Of a stretch of 64,000 nt of DNA, positions 1 to 9,874 are shown piece by piece (within the stretch, counting starts at the first letter, position 1; each line of letters opens with the position of its first letter). Source of the DNA: Gammaproteobacteria bacterium (lineage in GTDB: Bacteria; Pseudomonadota; Gammaproteobacteria; HTCC5015). The notes below the pieces were generated by a model that had not been told where the DNA came from, made no database searches, and saw only the letters and a list, made by a program, of their open reading frames with translations. A program made the position numbers and the translations under genes. The stretch spans positions 31,997 to 95,996 of the forward strand of contig JANQRI010000005.1 of the NCBI GenBank assembly GCA_028284675.1, read 5' to 3'.

Positions 1-165
1 GTGACCGGTGGCGAAATTTTCGGGCCCAACCCAAAGGGCCGGGACCGTTTTTGCACCCGGCGGCGTTATCATTCGCTTATGTGGAATAACCACATCACGC
101 TTATTCTGCCTTGCCGGATACAAAAACGGCCTCCGGCAGGTGCATGCAATAAGTGTGAACAGGCC

Positions 166-750
166 CTAGGGTAAAATCAATCCCCGGTTTGCGAGCATGG
201 TTGTGAGCCTGATTAACGGTAAGCCGATCAAAGCGGTCGGGTCGGTACCGTTGAGTGATTCAAACAACGTAATTCCCAATGCTTCTGATTTGAAACTGCC
301 GGCTGAGTCATAGGGTTGCTCGGCGCTGACATAACGCTCGATCTGGTCTGTGCTGAGCTTTCTGAATTTAACGTCAAACAACACATCGTCGATCTCACGA
401 TGATTGTTTTCAGTATCAAGCACGCAGAGGCCGGTATGAAATGTTACCGTGCGGCCGCTGCACTGGCTGAGTTGTGAAACCGCGTTTGCATGTGACCCGG
501 GTTTGCCGAGTATCCGGCCATTGAGTTCGGCGACCTGATCCGAGCCGATGATCAGTGCATTTTGAAATTGGCCGGCAATTGCAGTAGCTTTGGTTTCTGC
601 GAGCCGTGTAACTAATGCAGAGGCGGATTCCCCGGCTTGTGCTGTTTCATCGATGTCTGGGGCATGTATTGAGAAGTTGATACCCAGGCGTGCCAGCAGT
701 GTTTTGCGCTGCGGTGAACCGGAAGCCAGGATGATAGGTTTGGTGTTCAA
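166..750 (-). CDS. maf: Maf-like nucleoside triphosphate pyrophosphatase (YceF-type by neighbourhood)
   Basis: 194-aa ORF with the Maf N-terminal motif ILASGSPQRKTLL. It starts 10 nt downstream of pycB on the same strand. It is divergent from yceD-rpmF-plsX, as yceF is in E. coli. Confidence 0.85.
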   Translation of the reverse strand: MNTKPIILASGSPQRKTLLARLGINFSIHAPDIDETAQAGESASALVTRLAETKATAIAGQFQNALIIGSDQVAELNGRILGKPGSHANAVSQLSQCSGRTVTFHTGLCVLDTENNHREIDDVLFDVKFRKLSTDQIERYVSAEQPYDSAGSFKSEALGITLFESLNGTDPTALIGLPLIRLTTMLANRGLILP

Positions 751-760
751 CGGCTAACCG

Positions 761-2587
761 TTATTCTATCTCTATCAGTGTTTCATCCGGATTGACTGCA
801 TCACCTTTTTGTATATGCACTGCTTTGATTGTGCCGGAGACCGGTGCGTGAATTTCGGTTTCCATTTTCATCGCTTCAGTAACCAATACCGGCGCGCCTT
901 CTTTGATGGTATCGCCTTCCTTAACTAGTACATCGATAATCACACCGGGCATGGTGGTGCTGACATCACCGGGTTTACTCGCACGGCGGCGTTTGGATTT
1001 ATTGTCATCCTGCTCTGCAGTGCTGGTTGAGCCGTCCGGTTGAATGACTTCAATGGTTTCGAGCAGTACTTCTTCCGGAATGCCGTCGATCGTCACATAG
1101 AATGGGCGTTTCTTCATACTCTTATGGCCGGTGCCGTCTACACGGATCACATAGGTTTCGCCATGCATCGTGACTTCAAACTCGACCGGAATCGGTTTGT
1201 CCGTACCGGTGGAGGCGGCAGTGACAGGCTCGAGTGGTTCCGGCACCAGCGTGCCGTCTTTGCGTTGCTGTAAAAATTCCTGGCCGATTTCCGGAAACAT
1301 CGCGTAGGTTAAAACGTCTTCTTCGGATTCAGCGAGGCTGTGGATCTCATATGTCAGTTTCTCCAGCTCGTCCGGTATCAGGTCGGCCGGCCTGCAGTCG
1401 ATGGGTTCTTCTTCTGTACCGATCGCTTGAATTTTCAATGCCTGGTTGATCGCTCCGGGGGCTTTGCCGTAGCGGCCTTGCAGGTACAGCTTGACTTCGT
1501 TGGTGATGGTTTTATAACGCTCGCCGGTCAGTACATTCATGACTGCCTGGGTGCCGACAATTTGTGAGGTCGGTGTAACCAGCGGCGGATAACCGAGGTC
1601 TTTGCGCACGCGCGGAATTTCGGTCAGCACATTGTTCATTCTGCCCAATGCGTCCTGTTGCTTAAGCTGGTTACTCAGGTTGGAAATCATGCCGCCCGGA
1701 ACCTGGTTAACCTGTACCCGTGTATCGAGCGTGGTGAACTCACTTTCAAACTGATGATATTTTTTGCGGATCTCATGAAAGTAAAATCCGATTTCCTGAA
1801 GCAGTTCAAGGTCCAGACCGGTGTCATATTCGGTGTCGCGCAGTGCCGCAACCATGCTTTCGGTCGGTGGGTGACTGGTGCCGCCGGCAAATGCGGAAAT
1901 CGCGGTGTCGATATGGCGGCAACCGTTTTCAATCGCTTTTAATTGGCACATGTCCGCCAAACCGGCAGTGGCATGCGAGTGTATAAAAACCGGCACGTTT
2001 AATTCAGCAACCAGTGCTTTAACCAGTTCCGCGGTTTTAGATGGTGTCAGCAGGCCGGCCATATCTTTAATCGCGATACTGTCACAGCCCATCGATTCCA
2101 TTTGTTTGCTCATCTCAACAAACTGTGTTTTGGTATGTACCGGGCTGGTGGTGTAGCAGATGGTTCCCTGCGCATGTTTGTCGGCTTTTTTCACTGCATC
2201 GATCGCAGTTTGCAGATTACGGATATCATTCATCGCATCAAATATGCGGAACACATCAATACCGTTTTCTGCAGACAGCTCGATGAATTTACGAACCACA
2301 TCGTCTGCATAATGCCGGTAACCGAGCAGATTTTGTCCACGTAGCAGCATCTGTAAGCGGGTGTTCGGTAATGCTTCACGCAAAGAGCGTAACCGCTCCC
2401 ACGGATCTTCTTTTAAAAAGCGGATGCAGGCGTCGAAGGTTGCACCGCCCCAGCATTCCAGCGACCAGTAACCGACCTGGTCAAGTTTTTTACAAATCGG
2501 CAGCATATCCTCGGTGCGCATCCGGGTTGCGATCAGGCTTTGATGAGCATCACGTAGAATGGTATCCGTTACATAAACTTGCGACAT
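761..2587 (-). CDS. pycB: Pyruvate carboxylase subunit B (carboxyltransferase plus biotinyl carrier domain; OadA-like)
   Basis: 608-aa ORF. The N-terminus TDTILRDAHQSL is a HMGL-like carboxyltransferase. The C-terminus carries the biotinyl-lysine motif EAMKMETEI. It lies directly downstream of a biotin carboxylase gene. Confidence 0.85.
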   Translation of the reverse strand: MSQVYVTDTILRDAHQSLIATRMRTEDMLPICKKLDQVGYWSLECWGGATFDACIRFLKEDPWERLRSLREALPNTRLQMLLRGQNLLGYRHYADDVVRKFIELSAENGIDVFRIFDAMNDIRNLQTAIDAVKKADKHAQGTICYTTSPVHTKTQFVEMSKQMESMGCDSIAIKDMAGLLTPSKTAELVKALVAELNVPVFIHSHATAGLADMCQLKAIENGCRHIDTAISAFAGGTSHPPTESMVAALRDTEYDTGLDLELLQEIGFYFHEIRKKYHQFESEFTTLDTRVQVNQVPGGMISNLSNQLKQQDALGRMNNVLTEIPRVRKDLGYPPLVTPTSQIVGTQAVMNVLTGERYKTITNEVKLYLQGRYGKAPGAINQALKIQAIGTEEEPIDCRPADLIPDELEKLTYEIHSLAESEEDVLTYAMFPEIGQEFLQQRKDGTLVPEPLEPVTAASTGTDKPIPVEFEVTMHGETYVIRVDGTGHKSMKKRPFYVTIDGIPEEVLLETIEVIQPDGSTSTAEQDDNKSKRRRASKPGDVSTTMPGVIIDVLVKEGDTIKEGAPVLVTEAMKMETEIHAPVSGTIKAVHIQKGDAVNPDETLIEIE

Positions 2588-2622
2588 GATTTATTTTTAC
2601 CGTACTGTTTTAGTTGTATGGA

Positions 2623-4041
2623 TTAAAGTTGTAAATGCGCGGCGATCGCCGCGCCGACCGCGGCGGCTATTTCGCCTTTATTTTGTTTAATTGAGTACTC
2701 GGTGAGCTCCGGGTGCGATTCGACAAAGCTGGTATCAAAATGGGCGCCGGCGAACTCTTTGGAATTTAAAATCTGCATATGATACGGGATGGTCGTTTTA
2801 ACGCCATGCACTTCGATATCTTTAAGTGCCCGCTTTGAACGTGCAATCAGTTCCGGCCATGACAGTGCCCAGACGATTAGCTTGACGCACATCGAATCGT
2901 AGTAGGGCGGGATATGATAGCCGGTGTAGATTGCGCCGTCGGTTCTGACGCCGGGTCCGCCGGCAGCAAAATAACGGCTGATACGGCCGAAGCTCGGTAA
3001 AAAATCATTGCGTGGGTCTTCGGCGTTGATTCGGAATTCGATCGCGATTCCCCGGGTATGGATGTCCTGCTGCTTGACCGAGAGTTTTTTGCCGGCGGCA
3101 ATTCTGATTTGTTCCTGTACGATATCAATCCCGGTGATGGTTTCTGAGACCGGGTGTTCGACCTGCAGCCGGGTATTCATTTCCATAAAATAAAACTGGT
3201 CGTCATCGGACATTAAAAATTCCACTGTGCCGGCATTTTGATAACCAACCGCTTTGGCTGCACGCACGGCCAGATCACCGATATATTCGCGTTGTTTTTG
3301 CGTTAATTGCGGGGATGGCGCGATTTCGATCAGTTTTTGATGGCGGCGTTGAATCGAGCAATCCCGCTCATACAAGTGAATAATATTGCCACGGCTGTCA
3401 GCCAGAATTTGTACCTCGATGTGCCGGGGGTTAACAATGGCTTTTTCCATAAATATGTCGGCGCTGCCGAAGGCTTTGCTGACCTCAGAGCGTACGCGGT
3501 CAAAGTTATAGCCCAACTCGGATTCATCCTTACACAGGCGGATGCCCCGGCCGCCACCGCCGTTTGTCGCTTTCAACATGACCGGATAACCGATCTTTTT
3601 TGCAAATGCTTTAGCATCTTCGAGGCTTTCCAGGTTGCCCTCTGTGCCTGGCACAACCGGAATTTTGGCGGCAATCATTGCTTCCCGGGCTTTGATTTTG
3701 TCGCCCATCTGGCGGATGACTTTTGCATCGGGACCGATAAATTTGATGCCGCGCAGTGCGCATTGCTCGGCCAATGCCGGATTTTCAGATAGAAAGCCGT
3801 AGCCGGGATGCAGCGCATCGCAGCCGGTTGATACCGCCAGATCAACAATTCGCGATACATTCAGATAGCCGGCCACTGAGTCCGGGCCGATATTGTAGTT
3901 TTCGTCGGCTTTGGTCACATGCAGGCTATAGCGGTCGGCATCGGTATAAATGGCTGCCGATTTGATGCCCATTTCGTTACAGGCCCTGGCGATTCGAACT
4001 GCGATTTCGCCCCGGTTTGCAATGAGTATTTTTTTTATCAA
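2623..4041 (-). CDS. pycA: Biotin carboxylase (pyruvate carboxylase subunit A)
   Basis: 472-aa ORF. The N-terminus KILIANRGEIAVRIARAC and the glycine loop NGGGGRGIRL are typical of ATP-grasp biotin carboxylases. It is paired with pycB 35 nt downstream. Confidence 0.85.
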   Translation of the reverse strand: MIKKILIANRGEIAVRIARACNEMGIKSAAIYTDADRYSLHVTKADENYNIGPDSVAGYLNVSRIVDLAVSTGCDALHPGYGFLSENPALAEQCALRGIKFIGPDAKVIRQMGDKIKAREAMIAAKIPVVPGTEGNLESLEDAKAFAKKIGYPVMLKATNGGGGRGIRLCKDESELGYNFDRVRSEVSKAFGSADIFMEKAIVNPRHIEVQILADSRGNIIHLYERDCSIQRRHQKLIEIAPSPQLTQKQREYIGDLAVRAAKAVGYQNAGTVEFLMSDDDQFYFMEMNTRLQVEHPVSETITGIDIVQEQIRIAAGKKLSVKQQDIHTRGIAIEFRINAEDPRNDFLPSFGRISRYFAAGGPGVRTDGAIYTGYHIPPYYDSMCVKLIVWALSWPELIARSKRALKDIEVHGVKTTIPYHMQILNSKEFAGAHFDTSFVESHPELTEYSIKQNKGEIAAAVGAAIAAHLQL

Positions 4042-4283
4042 ATTGATATCCGTGATGATTTAAATTTGCTGCTGTTTTAGCCAGATTTGTTGCAATAACA
4101 CAGCTCCGGCTATTTTTTCTTAAAAAATATTTAAAATCAATAGTTTAGTGGGGTGTGTCAAATATTCCATGGCGTATATGCGGGTATTTCCTGTTAGCCG
4201 GGTTTTGGCAATGAGTCATTTTTGTGCATATTCCTTCAACTTGTTTTGACACCTATCTTACATCTCCCTAAAATTGCGCGCTT

Positions 4284-4796
4284 ATGCGTAGGCAACTGCC
4301 TGATTACTTCAATCCGGATCATCTTGCGGACTCCGGGGCGACTATCGAGGGTATATGGCCAAAAGCACGTTTTGACCGTTTACTGAATATCCCCGAACTG
4401 GTGCCCGGCGATATTCGGCTGAAACTGCGTTTCTCACGCAGGGTATCAGGCAACATCGTCATTGACGGGCGTATTTTGGCTGAGCTGCAATTATTTTGCC
4501 AGCGTTGCCTGCAATTATTTGACTGGCGAATTGATGATGATGTTCATTTGCTGGTCGCAAAGGATGAACAGGAGCCGGTGCAGGATGCGGACTATGAGTT
4601 GTTACCGGTTGATGATGAACGTAATGTGGAAATGTTGCAGCTGATCGAAACCGAGATTATTGTGCGCCTTCCGGATTATCCGGTACATGCACAGATCAGT
4701 GAATGTGATCAGAAAATGCTGCGACAACGCGAAGATACTGATGCAAACGGGACCTCTGGTAATAACCCGTTTGCCATTCTTAAACAACTGAAATAA
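4284..4796 (+). CDS. yceD: YceD/DUF177 family protein (large-subunit ribosome biogenesis associated)
   Basis: 170-aa acidic ORF with a CQRCLQ motif. It sits immediately upstream of rpmF, the near-universal yceD-rpmF arrangement. Confidence 0.8.
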   Translation: MRRQLPDYFNPDHLADSGATIEGIWPKARFDRLLNIPELVPGDIRLKLRFSRRVSGNIVIDGRILAELQLFCQRCLQLFDWRIDDDVHLLVAKDEQEPVQDADYELLPVDDERNVEMLQLIETEIIVRLPDYPVHAQISECDQKMLRQREDTDANGTSGNNPFAILKQLK

Positions 4797-4807
4797 CGGA
4801 GTAAGCT

Positions 4808-5002
4808 GTGGCAGTACAACAACGCCGAAAAACCCCCTCACGTCGTGGTATGCGACGTTCCCACGATGCCCTGGGAGGACCGACTTTATCGGTTGATTCC
4901 ACTACCGGGGAAACACATCGTCGGCACCATGTCGGTGCAGATGGTTACTACCGTGGTCGCAAAGTGGTGGATACACAAAGCTTTGACGATGATGATGAGT
5001 AG
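4808..5002 (+). CDS. rpmF: 50S ribosomal protein L32
   Basis: GTG start preceded by GGAG at 4798-4801. The N-terminus [21 protein letters not shown] is the L32 signature. Confidence 0.95.
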   Translation: MAVQQRRKTPSRRGMRRSHDALGGPTLSVDSTTGETHRRHHVGADGYYRGRKVVDTQSFDDDDE

Positions 5003-5026
5003 CACTGTTCACGGTAATTTTTCCAG

Positions 5027-5061
5027 CAGGGCTTGAGGTTACTCAAGCCCTGTTTGCTTTT
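5027..5061 (+). terminator. Rho-independent terminator after rpmF
   Basis: Perfect 11-bp stem CAGGGCTTGAG / CTCAAGCCCTG with loop GTTA, followed by TTTGCTTTT. Confidence 0.75.
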
Positions 5062-5192
5062 CATCGTTGCAAATTACGGTGTTTGGCTGAAGATGAGTGT
5101 TTATCAATGAATGTGCACAGCGGTTCCTATATAAAGGTAAAATTCGATATGATGCTTTGCGGTTTTATAATGCTCATATTTTCATACCAGGG

Positions 5193-6245
5193 ATGGCGGC
5201 AATAAGTCATAGTATGGTGGATTCGCAAACAGTCATTGCGCTCGATGCCATGAGTGGTGATTTGGGCCCGGAAGTGGTAATTGATGCTGCGGTATTTGTA
5301 GTGCAAAACTATCCGGCGTTAAGGCTTATGCTGGTCGGTGACCGGCCGGTTTTGGAAAAGTTGCTGGCCAGGCATGGCAACCAAGGTGATTTTTTGAATC
5401 AGATTACGATTCGTCATGCCACTGAAATCGTTACGATGGATGAACCGCCGGCTCAGGCCTTGCGTTCTAAAAAAGATTCCTCAATGCGGGTTGCAATTAA
5501 CCTGGTAAAAGACGGTCTGGCGCATGCAGCGGTCAGTGCCGGTAATACCGGTGCGTTGATGGCGACCGCACGGTTTGTTTTGAAAATGATTCCGGGTATC
5601 GACCGGCCTGCAATATGCAGTGCTTTGCCGTCGGCTCAAGGCCATACTTTTATGATGGACCTGGGGGCTAATGTTGATTGCAGTTCCGAACATTTATATC
5701 AGTTTGCATTAATGGGCTCGGTGCTGGTCAATGCGCTTGATAATGCCGAATCTCCCCGTATTGGTTTGCTGAATATCGGCGAGGAAGAGACCAAAGGTAA
5801 TGATATCGTCAAACAGGCCAGCCAGTTATTAAGCAAAAGTGATCTTAATTACATTGGTTATGTGGAAGGCAATGATATCTTTGGCGATAAAGCGGATGTG
5901 ATTGTGACGGATGGTTTTGTCGGTAATGTGTCTTTAAAGTCAACCGAAGGCGTTGCGAAGATGATTGCTGAGTATTTGCGGCAGGAGTTTAGCCGCGGTA
6001 TTGTCAGCAGGGTGATTGGGTTTTTGGCTTTGCCGGTACTTAAGTCTTTTAAGCGTCGTATTGACCCCAGGCGTTACAATGGCGCCAGCTTGCTGGGTTT
6101 GCAGGGAGTCGTGGTCAAAAGCCACGGTAGCGCGGATAAAGTTGCATTTGCAAATGCGATTAAAATTGCGATGCGGGCTGTAGAGCATGACGTTCCCGCG
6201 GTAATTGATCGTCAAATAAATAAACACAATGAAGCGGTAGCCTGA
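5193..6245 (+). CDS. plsX: Phosphate acyltransferase PlsX
   Basis: Contains VIALDAMSGDLGPEV and SAGNTGALMA motifs. The ORF track starts at 5097, but the first 32 codons lie in the terminator and promoter gap and look non-protein-like. ATG 5193 or ATG 5214 (MVDSQTVIALD, same length as the E. coli N-terminus) are the plausible starts. Confidence 0.9.
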   Translation: MAAISHSMVDSQTVIALDAMSGDLGPEVVIDAAVFVVQNYPALRLMLVGDRPVLEKLLARHGNQGDFLNQITIRHATEIVTMDEPPAQALRSKKDSSMRVAINLVKDGLAHAAVSAGNTGALMATARFVLKMIPGIDRPAICSALPSAQGHTFMMDLGANVDCSSEHLYQFALMGSVLVNALDNAESPRIGLLNIGEEETKGNDIVKQASQLLSKSDLNYIGYVEGNDIFGDKADVIVTDGFVGNVSLKSTEGVAKMIAEYLRQEFSRGIVSRVIGFLALPVLKSFKRRIDPRRYNGASLLGLQGVVVKSHGSADKVAFANAIKIAMRAVEHDVPAVIDRQINKHNEAVA

Positions 6246-6262
6246 TCAGAAAGGGGGTAAAA

Positions 6263-7198
6263 GTGGTTTATTCACGAATTGCAGGTACCGGATCTTTTCT
6301 GCCTGAGAAAGTATTGACCAACGCCGATCTGGAAAAGATGGTGGACACTTCAGATGCCTGGATACAAGAGCGCACCGGCATTCGTGAGCGGCGTATCGTG
6401 GCTGATGGCGAAACAACCACGGATCTTGCCGCCGGTGCATTGGAAAATGCGCTCGCAGCTGCCGGCAGATCGGCATCTGATCTGGATTTAATTATTGTGG
6501 CTACCTGCACGCCGGATAGCCTGTTTCCCAGTACTGCGGTGCGCTTGCAACGGCGTTTCGGTATATCCACGTTGCCCGGGTTGGATCTTAATGCGGCTTG
6601 TTCCGGGTTTATTTATGGCTTAAGTATTGCGGACAATATGATACGTGCCGGCAGCAACCGATGTATTGCTGTTATCGGTGCCGAGCGTATGTCAACGATT
6701 CTGGACTGGAATGATCGGGGTACCTGTGTGTTGTTTGGAGACGGTGCCGGCGCGGTTATTCTTGAAGCTGCAGAGACACAGGGCGTAATCTCCACACATA
6801 TTCATGCGGACGGCAAGCATGAAGACCTGCTTTATCATGACATGGCACAGAATGCAGTGATTATGCAGGGCAATGAGGTGTTTAAGGTTGCGGTCCGTAC
6901 ACTGGAGCGAATTGTTGATCAAACACTCGATGCAAATGGCCTGGAGAAAACAGCAGTTGATTGGTTGATCCCACATCAGGCAAACTTACGTATTATGCTG
7001 GCAACGGCCCGAAGGCTCGGGCTCGCGGAAGACAGAGTCATTGTGACAGTTGATACACATGGAAATACCTCTGCTGCATCGATTCCGCTGGCATTGGATC
7101 ATGGGGTTCGTTCCGGCGCGATTCAGCGGGGTGAAACCTTATTAATGGAGTCTTTTGGCGCAGGTTTTACCTGGGGATCGGCTTTGGTGAAGTACTAA
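6263..7198 (+). CDS. fabH: 3-oxoacyl-ACP synthase III
   Basis: GTG start after AGGGGG. The N-terminus is RIAGTGSFLPEKVLTNADLEK. The active-site Cys context is LNAACSGF, and IPHQANLRI and GNTSAASIP are also present. Confidence 0.95.
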   Translation: MVYSRIAGTGSFLPEKVLTNADLEKMVDTSDAWIQERTGIRERRIVADGETTTDLAAGALENALAAAGRSASDLDLIIVATCTPDSLFPSTAVRLQRRFGISTLPGLDLNAACSGFIYGLSIADNMIRAGSNRCIAVIGAERMSTILDWNDRGTCVLFGDGAGAVILEAAETQGVISTHIHADGKHEDLLYHDMAQNAVIMQGNEVFKVAVRTLERIVDQTLDANGLEKTAVDWLIPHQANLRIMLATARRLGLAEDRVIVTVDTHGNTSAASIPLALDHGVRSGAIQRGETLLMESFGAGFTWGSALVKY

Positions 7199-7267
7199 AG
7201 GCGATTTCCTTTATTGCGTTACCGTTAAATCAGAGCTTTCAAAACCAGAGTTCAGCGAGAAGTCGCT

Positions 7268-7912
7268 ATGATCAAAATGCTTATCGTCGATGACCATGAT
7301 CTGGTTCGTGCCGGCATCACCAGAATACTCGGTGATGTGGTGGACCTTGAGGTGGTTGGTGAGTGTTCCAGCGGGGAAGAGGCGATGACGGAATGCCAAC
7401 GTTTGCGGCCTGATGTGGTGCTGATGGATCTGCATATGCCAGGCATGGGCGGTATGGAGGCTGCAAAACGCATAATAGATCGCTATAGCGATATCAAAGT
7501 TATCATTTTAACCGCAGAGTCGGAAACACCGATTTCAAAACACACGATTAAATTTGGTGTGTCCGGATATTTGACCAAAGGCTGTGATGTCGATGAAATG
7601 GTTAAAGCGATTAAGCAGGTTCACGCCGGGCAGCGCTATATATCGCCGGTGGTTGCGCAGAAGCTGGCATTGTCGATGCTGGATGGCGATAAGTCCCCAC
7701 TAGAGAAACTCAGCAAGCGTGAACTGGAAGTGTTGATTCGTATCAGTAAGGGGCAAACCAACCGCGAGATTGCAGATCAACTACACCTTAGTCCGAAAAC
7801 GACCAGCACCTACCGTTCCCGGCTGTTGGAAAAACTGGATGCGTCCAATGATGTGGAGTTAAGCCGGATTTGCCGCGATGCGGGGTTATTGAATAACCCG
7901 ACAGAGGCATAA
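7268..7912 (+). CDS. uvrY: NarL/LuxR-family response regulator, UvrY/GacA-type
   Basis: The receiver domain has LIVDDHDLVRAGI and DVVLMDLHMPGMGG. The C-terminal HTH is LSKRELEVLIRISKGQTNREIADQLHLSPKTTSTYRSR. It sits immediately upstream of uvrC-pgsA, the conserved uvrY/gacA position. Confidence 0.85.
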   Translation: MIKMLIVDDHDLVRAGITRILGDVVDLEVVGECSSGEEAMTECQRLRPDVVLMDLHMPGMGGMEAAKRIIDRYSDIKVIILTAESETPISKHTIKFGVSGYLTKGCDVDEMVKAIKQVHAGQRYISPVVAQKLALSMLDGDKSPLEKLSKRELEVLIRISKGQTNREIADQLHLSPKTTSTYRSRLLEKLDASNDVELSRICRDAGLLNNPTEA

Positions 7913-8035
7913 ATCAGGTTTAGGTACTGATCAATCCTGTGTGATCTTTAATATAGCGCGATCCCGGATGCCTATGGCTACTGAAGGGCGATATTAAGCT
8001 ATCCGGTTACGAAGTATTTCAGGCTTCCATATTCT

Positions 8036-9862
8036 ATGTCAGCTGAAGAAAATCGTTTCGATTATAAAGCCTATCTGAAAACACTGAGCACGCGGCCGGG
8101 TGTTTATCGCATGCTTGATGCCAATGAAAAAATACTTTATGTCGGCAAAGCAGATAACCTGAAGGCCAGAGTCAGCAGTTATTTCCGTAGAGATGCGTTG
8201 CCGGTCCGGATTCAGGCTATGGTTGCGCAAATAGCGGATATTCAAATTACGATCACTAACACGACCGTTGAGGCTTTGTTGCTTGAGAGTAATTTAATCA
8301 AAGAGCTGAAGCCCAAATATAATATTTATCTGCGGGATGATAAGAGTTACCCCTATATTTATGTTTCCACCGATAGTACATTCCCCCGCCTGGCGTTTGA
8401 CCGGGGGAAACAACATGGAAACGGACGTTATTTCGGGCCATACCCAAGTGCGTCGGCGGTGCGGGAAACGTTGGGGTTGTTGCAAAAACTTTTCCAGGTC
8501 AGGCAGTGTGAAGACAGTTTTTTCCGTAACCGTTCAAGGCCGTGTTTACAGTATCAGATTAAGCGTTGTTCCGCGCCATGTGTTGGTTTGGTTTCTGAGG
8601 GTTCTTATCAGCAGGATGTTGAAAAAAGTCTGTTATTTTTAAACGGAAAAAATACCGAGGTGATTGATGTTCTTGCCGGCCAGATGGAGAAAGCGTCTGC
8701 TGAATTAAACTATGAGGCGGCTGCAACTTACCGGGATCAGATCCAATATCTGCGAAAAATTTATGATAAACAATATATCAGTGGCGAGGGCGGGGATCTG
8801 GATATTATCGCAAGCGTTATTGAAGATAGAGTTGCCTGTGTGCAGGTTTTTTATGTTCGTGGTGGGCGGGTATTGGGTAACAAAGCGTTTTTTCCGTCTG
8901 TGCCGGAGAATGCAGCCAATAAAGATGTGTTACATGCGTTTATTTCCCAGTATTATGCACGCCACGAGATTATCGCGGAGTTGCTGGTCAATGAGCCTAT
9001 CGAGGATCAGCAAATGCTGGCGGATATTTTAAGTACGCGCACTGAAATTAATGTTTCTATCTCCGGTAAAGTCCGGGGCGAGCGTGCAAAATGGTTGCGG
9101 TTGGCCGAGGCAAATGCGAAAGCTGCGCTCAATACCTATTTGTCTTCACGCCAGGGTTTATTGCAGAAGTTTGAAAGTCTGAAAAACCTGCTGGAGCTGG
9201 ATACCATTCCAGAACGTATAGAGTGCTTCGATGTTAGCCATACCCGTGGTGAAGCAACAGTTGCCGCATGTGTGGTTTTTGATCAGCAAGGCCCGGTGAA
9301 ATCAGATTACCGGCGTTTTAATATTAAGGGGGTCACCCCCGGGGATGATTACGCCGCAATGCGGCAGGCACTGGAACGGCGTTACACCCGTCTTAAGAAA
9401 GGTGAAAGCAAAATGTCGGATGTTCTGTTGATTGATGGCGGTAAAGGCCAGGTCGCTGAAGCGATGAGTGTTATGGAGGAATTACAGATTCAGGAACTCG
9501 CAATTGTCGGTGTTGCCAAGGGCCCCGAGCGTATTGCCGGTCGCGAACGGCTGGTTGTGCCGCATTTGAATAAAACCCTGGTTACTGCTGCCGATACGCC
9601 GGGTTTGCATCTGATACAGAATATTCGCGATGAGGCGCACCGGTTTGCTATTACCGGTCATCGTGCACGGCGCAGTAAGGCCCGAAATCGCTCAGTGCTT
9701 GAGGATATAGAAGGCCTGGGCCCGAAACGGCGCCAGGCATTGTTGCAGCAGTTTGGAGGGTTACAGGGGCTTAAAAAAGCCGGAATCGAGGATCTGGCCG
9801 GTGTTCAGGGTATCAGTGATAAAATGGCCCAAAAAATTTACCTTACATTGCATGAAAGTTAG
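8036..9862 (+). CDS. uvrC: Excinuclease ABC subunit C
   Basis: 608-aa ORF with GIY-YIG motifs PGVYRMLDANEKILYVGKADNLKARV, a UvrBC domain and a C-terminal helix-hairpin-helix region. Confidence 0.95.
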   Translation: MSAEENRFDYKAYLKTLSTRPGVYRMLDANEKILYVGKADNLKARVSSYFRRDALPVRIQAMVAQIADIQITITNTTVEALLLESNLIKELKPKYNIYLRDDKSYPYIYVSTDSTFPRLAFDRGKQHGNGRYFGPYPSASAVRETLGLLQKLFQVRQCEDSFFRNRSRPCLQYQIKRCSAPCVGLVSEGSYQQDVEKSLLFLNGKNTEVIDVLAGQMEKASAELNYEAAATYRDQIQYLRKIYDKQYISGEGGDLDIIASVIEDRVACVQVFYVRGGRVLGNKAFFPSVPENAANKDVLHAFISQYYARHEIIAELLVNEPIEDQQMLADILSTRTEINVSISGKVRGERAKWLRLAEANAKAALNTYLSSRQGLLQKFESLKNLLELDTIPERIECFDVSHTRGEATVAACVVFDQQGPVKSDYRRFNIKGVTPGDDYAAMRQALERRYTRLKKGESKMSDVLLIDGGKGQVAEAMSVMEELQIQELAIVGVAKGPERIAGRERLVVPHLNKTLVTAADTPGLHLIQNIRDEAHRFAITGHRARRSKARNRSVLEDIEGLGPKRRQALLQQFGGLQGLKKAGIEDLAGVQGISDKMAQKIYLTLHES

Positions 9863-9874
9863 AATAGGCGATAA

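Noticed and set aside
1-165. Open reading frame in frame +1 running from the window edge to a stop at about 171, and small palindromes (ATGTGG-AATAA-CCACAT at about 79-95).
   Set aside because: The translation (…RRRYHSLMWNNHITLILPCRIQKRPPAGACNKCEQALG) is not protein-like and I recognise no family. There is too little sequence at the window edge to call anything.
761-2587. Na+-pumping oxaloacetate decarboxylase alpha subunit (OadA).
   Set aside because: No oadB or oadG membrane subunit genes are adjacent. The neighbour is a biotin carboxylase, which fits a two-subunit pyruvate carboxylase. Only phylogeny could settle this fully.
5097-5192. ORF-track N-terminal extensions of plsX (5097), folK (12760), murC (61625) and the first cluster gene (18137).
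   Set aside because: The extensions overlap upstream genes or terminator regions and add non-homologous residues. Internal starts at 5193/5214, 12775, 61655 and 18152 (the last with GGAGG at optimal spacing) fit the family N-termini.
7913-8035. Possible LexA (SOS) box upstream of uvrC.
   Set aside because: There is no CTGT-N8-ACAG match. The CTGTGTGATCTTTAAT segment lacks the ACAG half-site.
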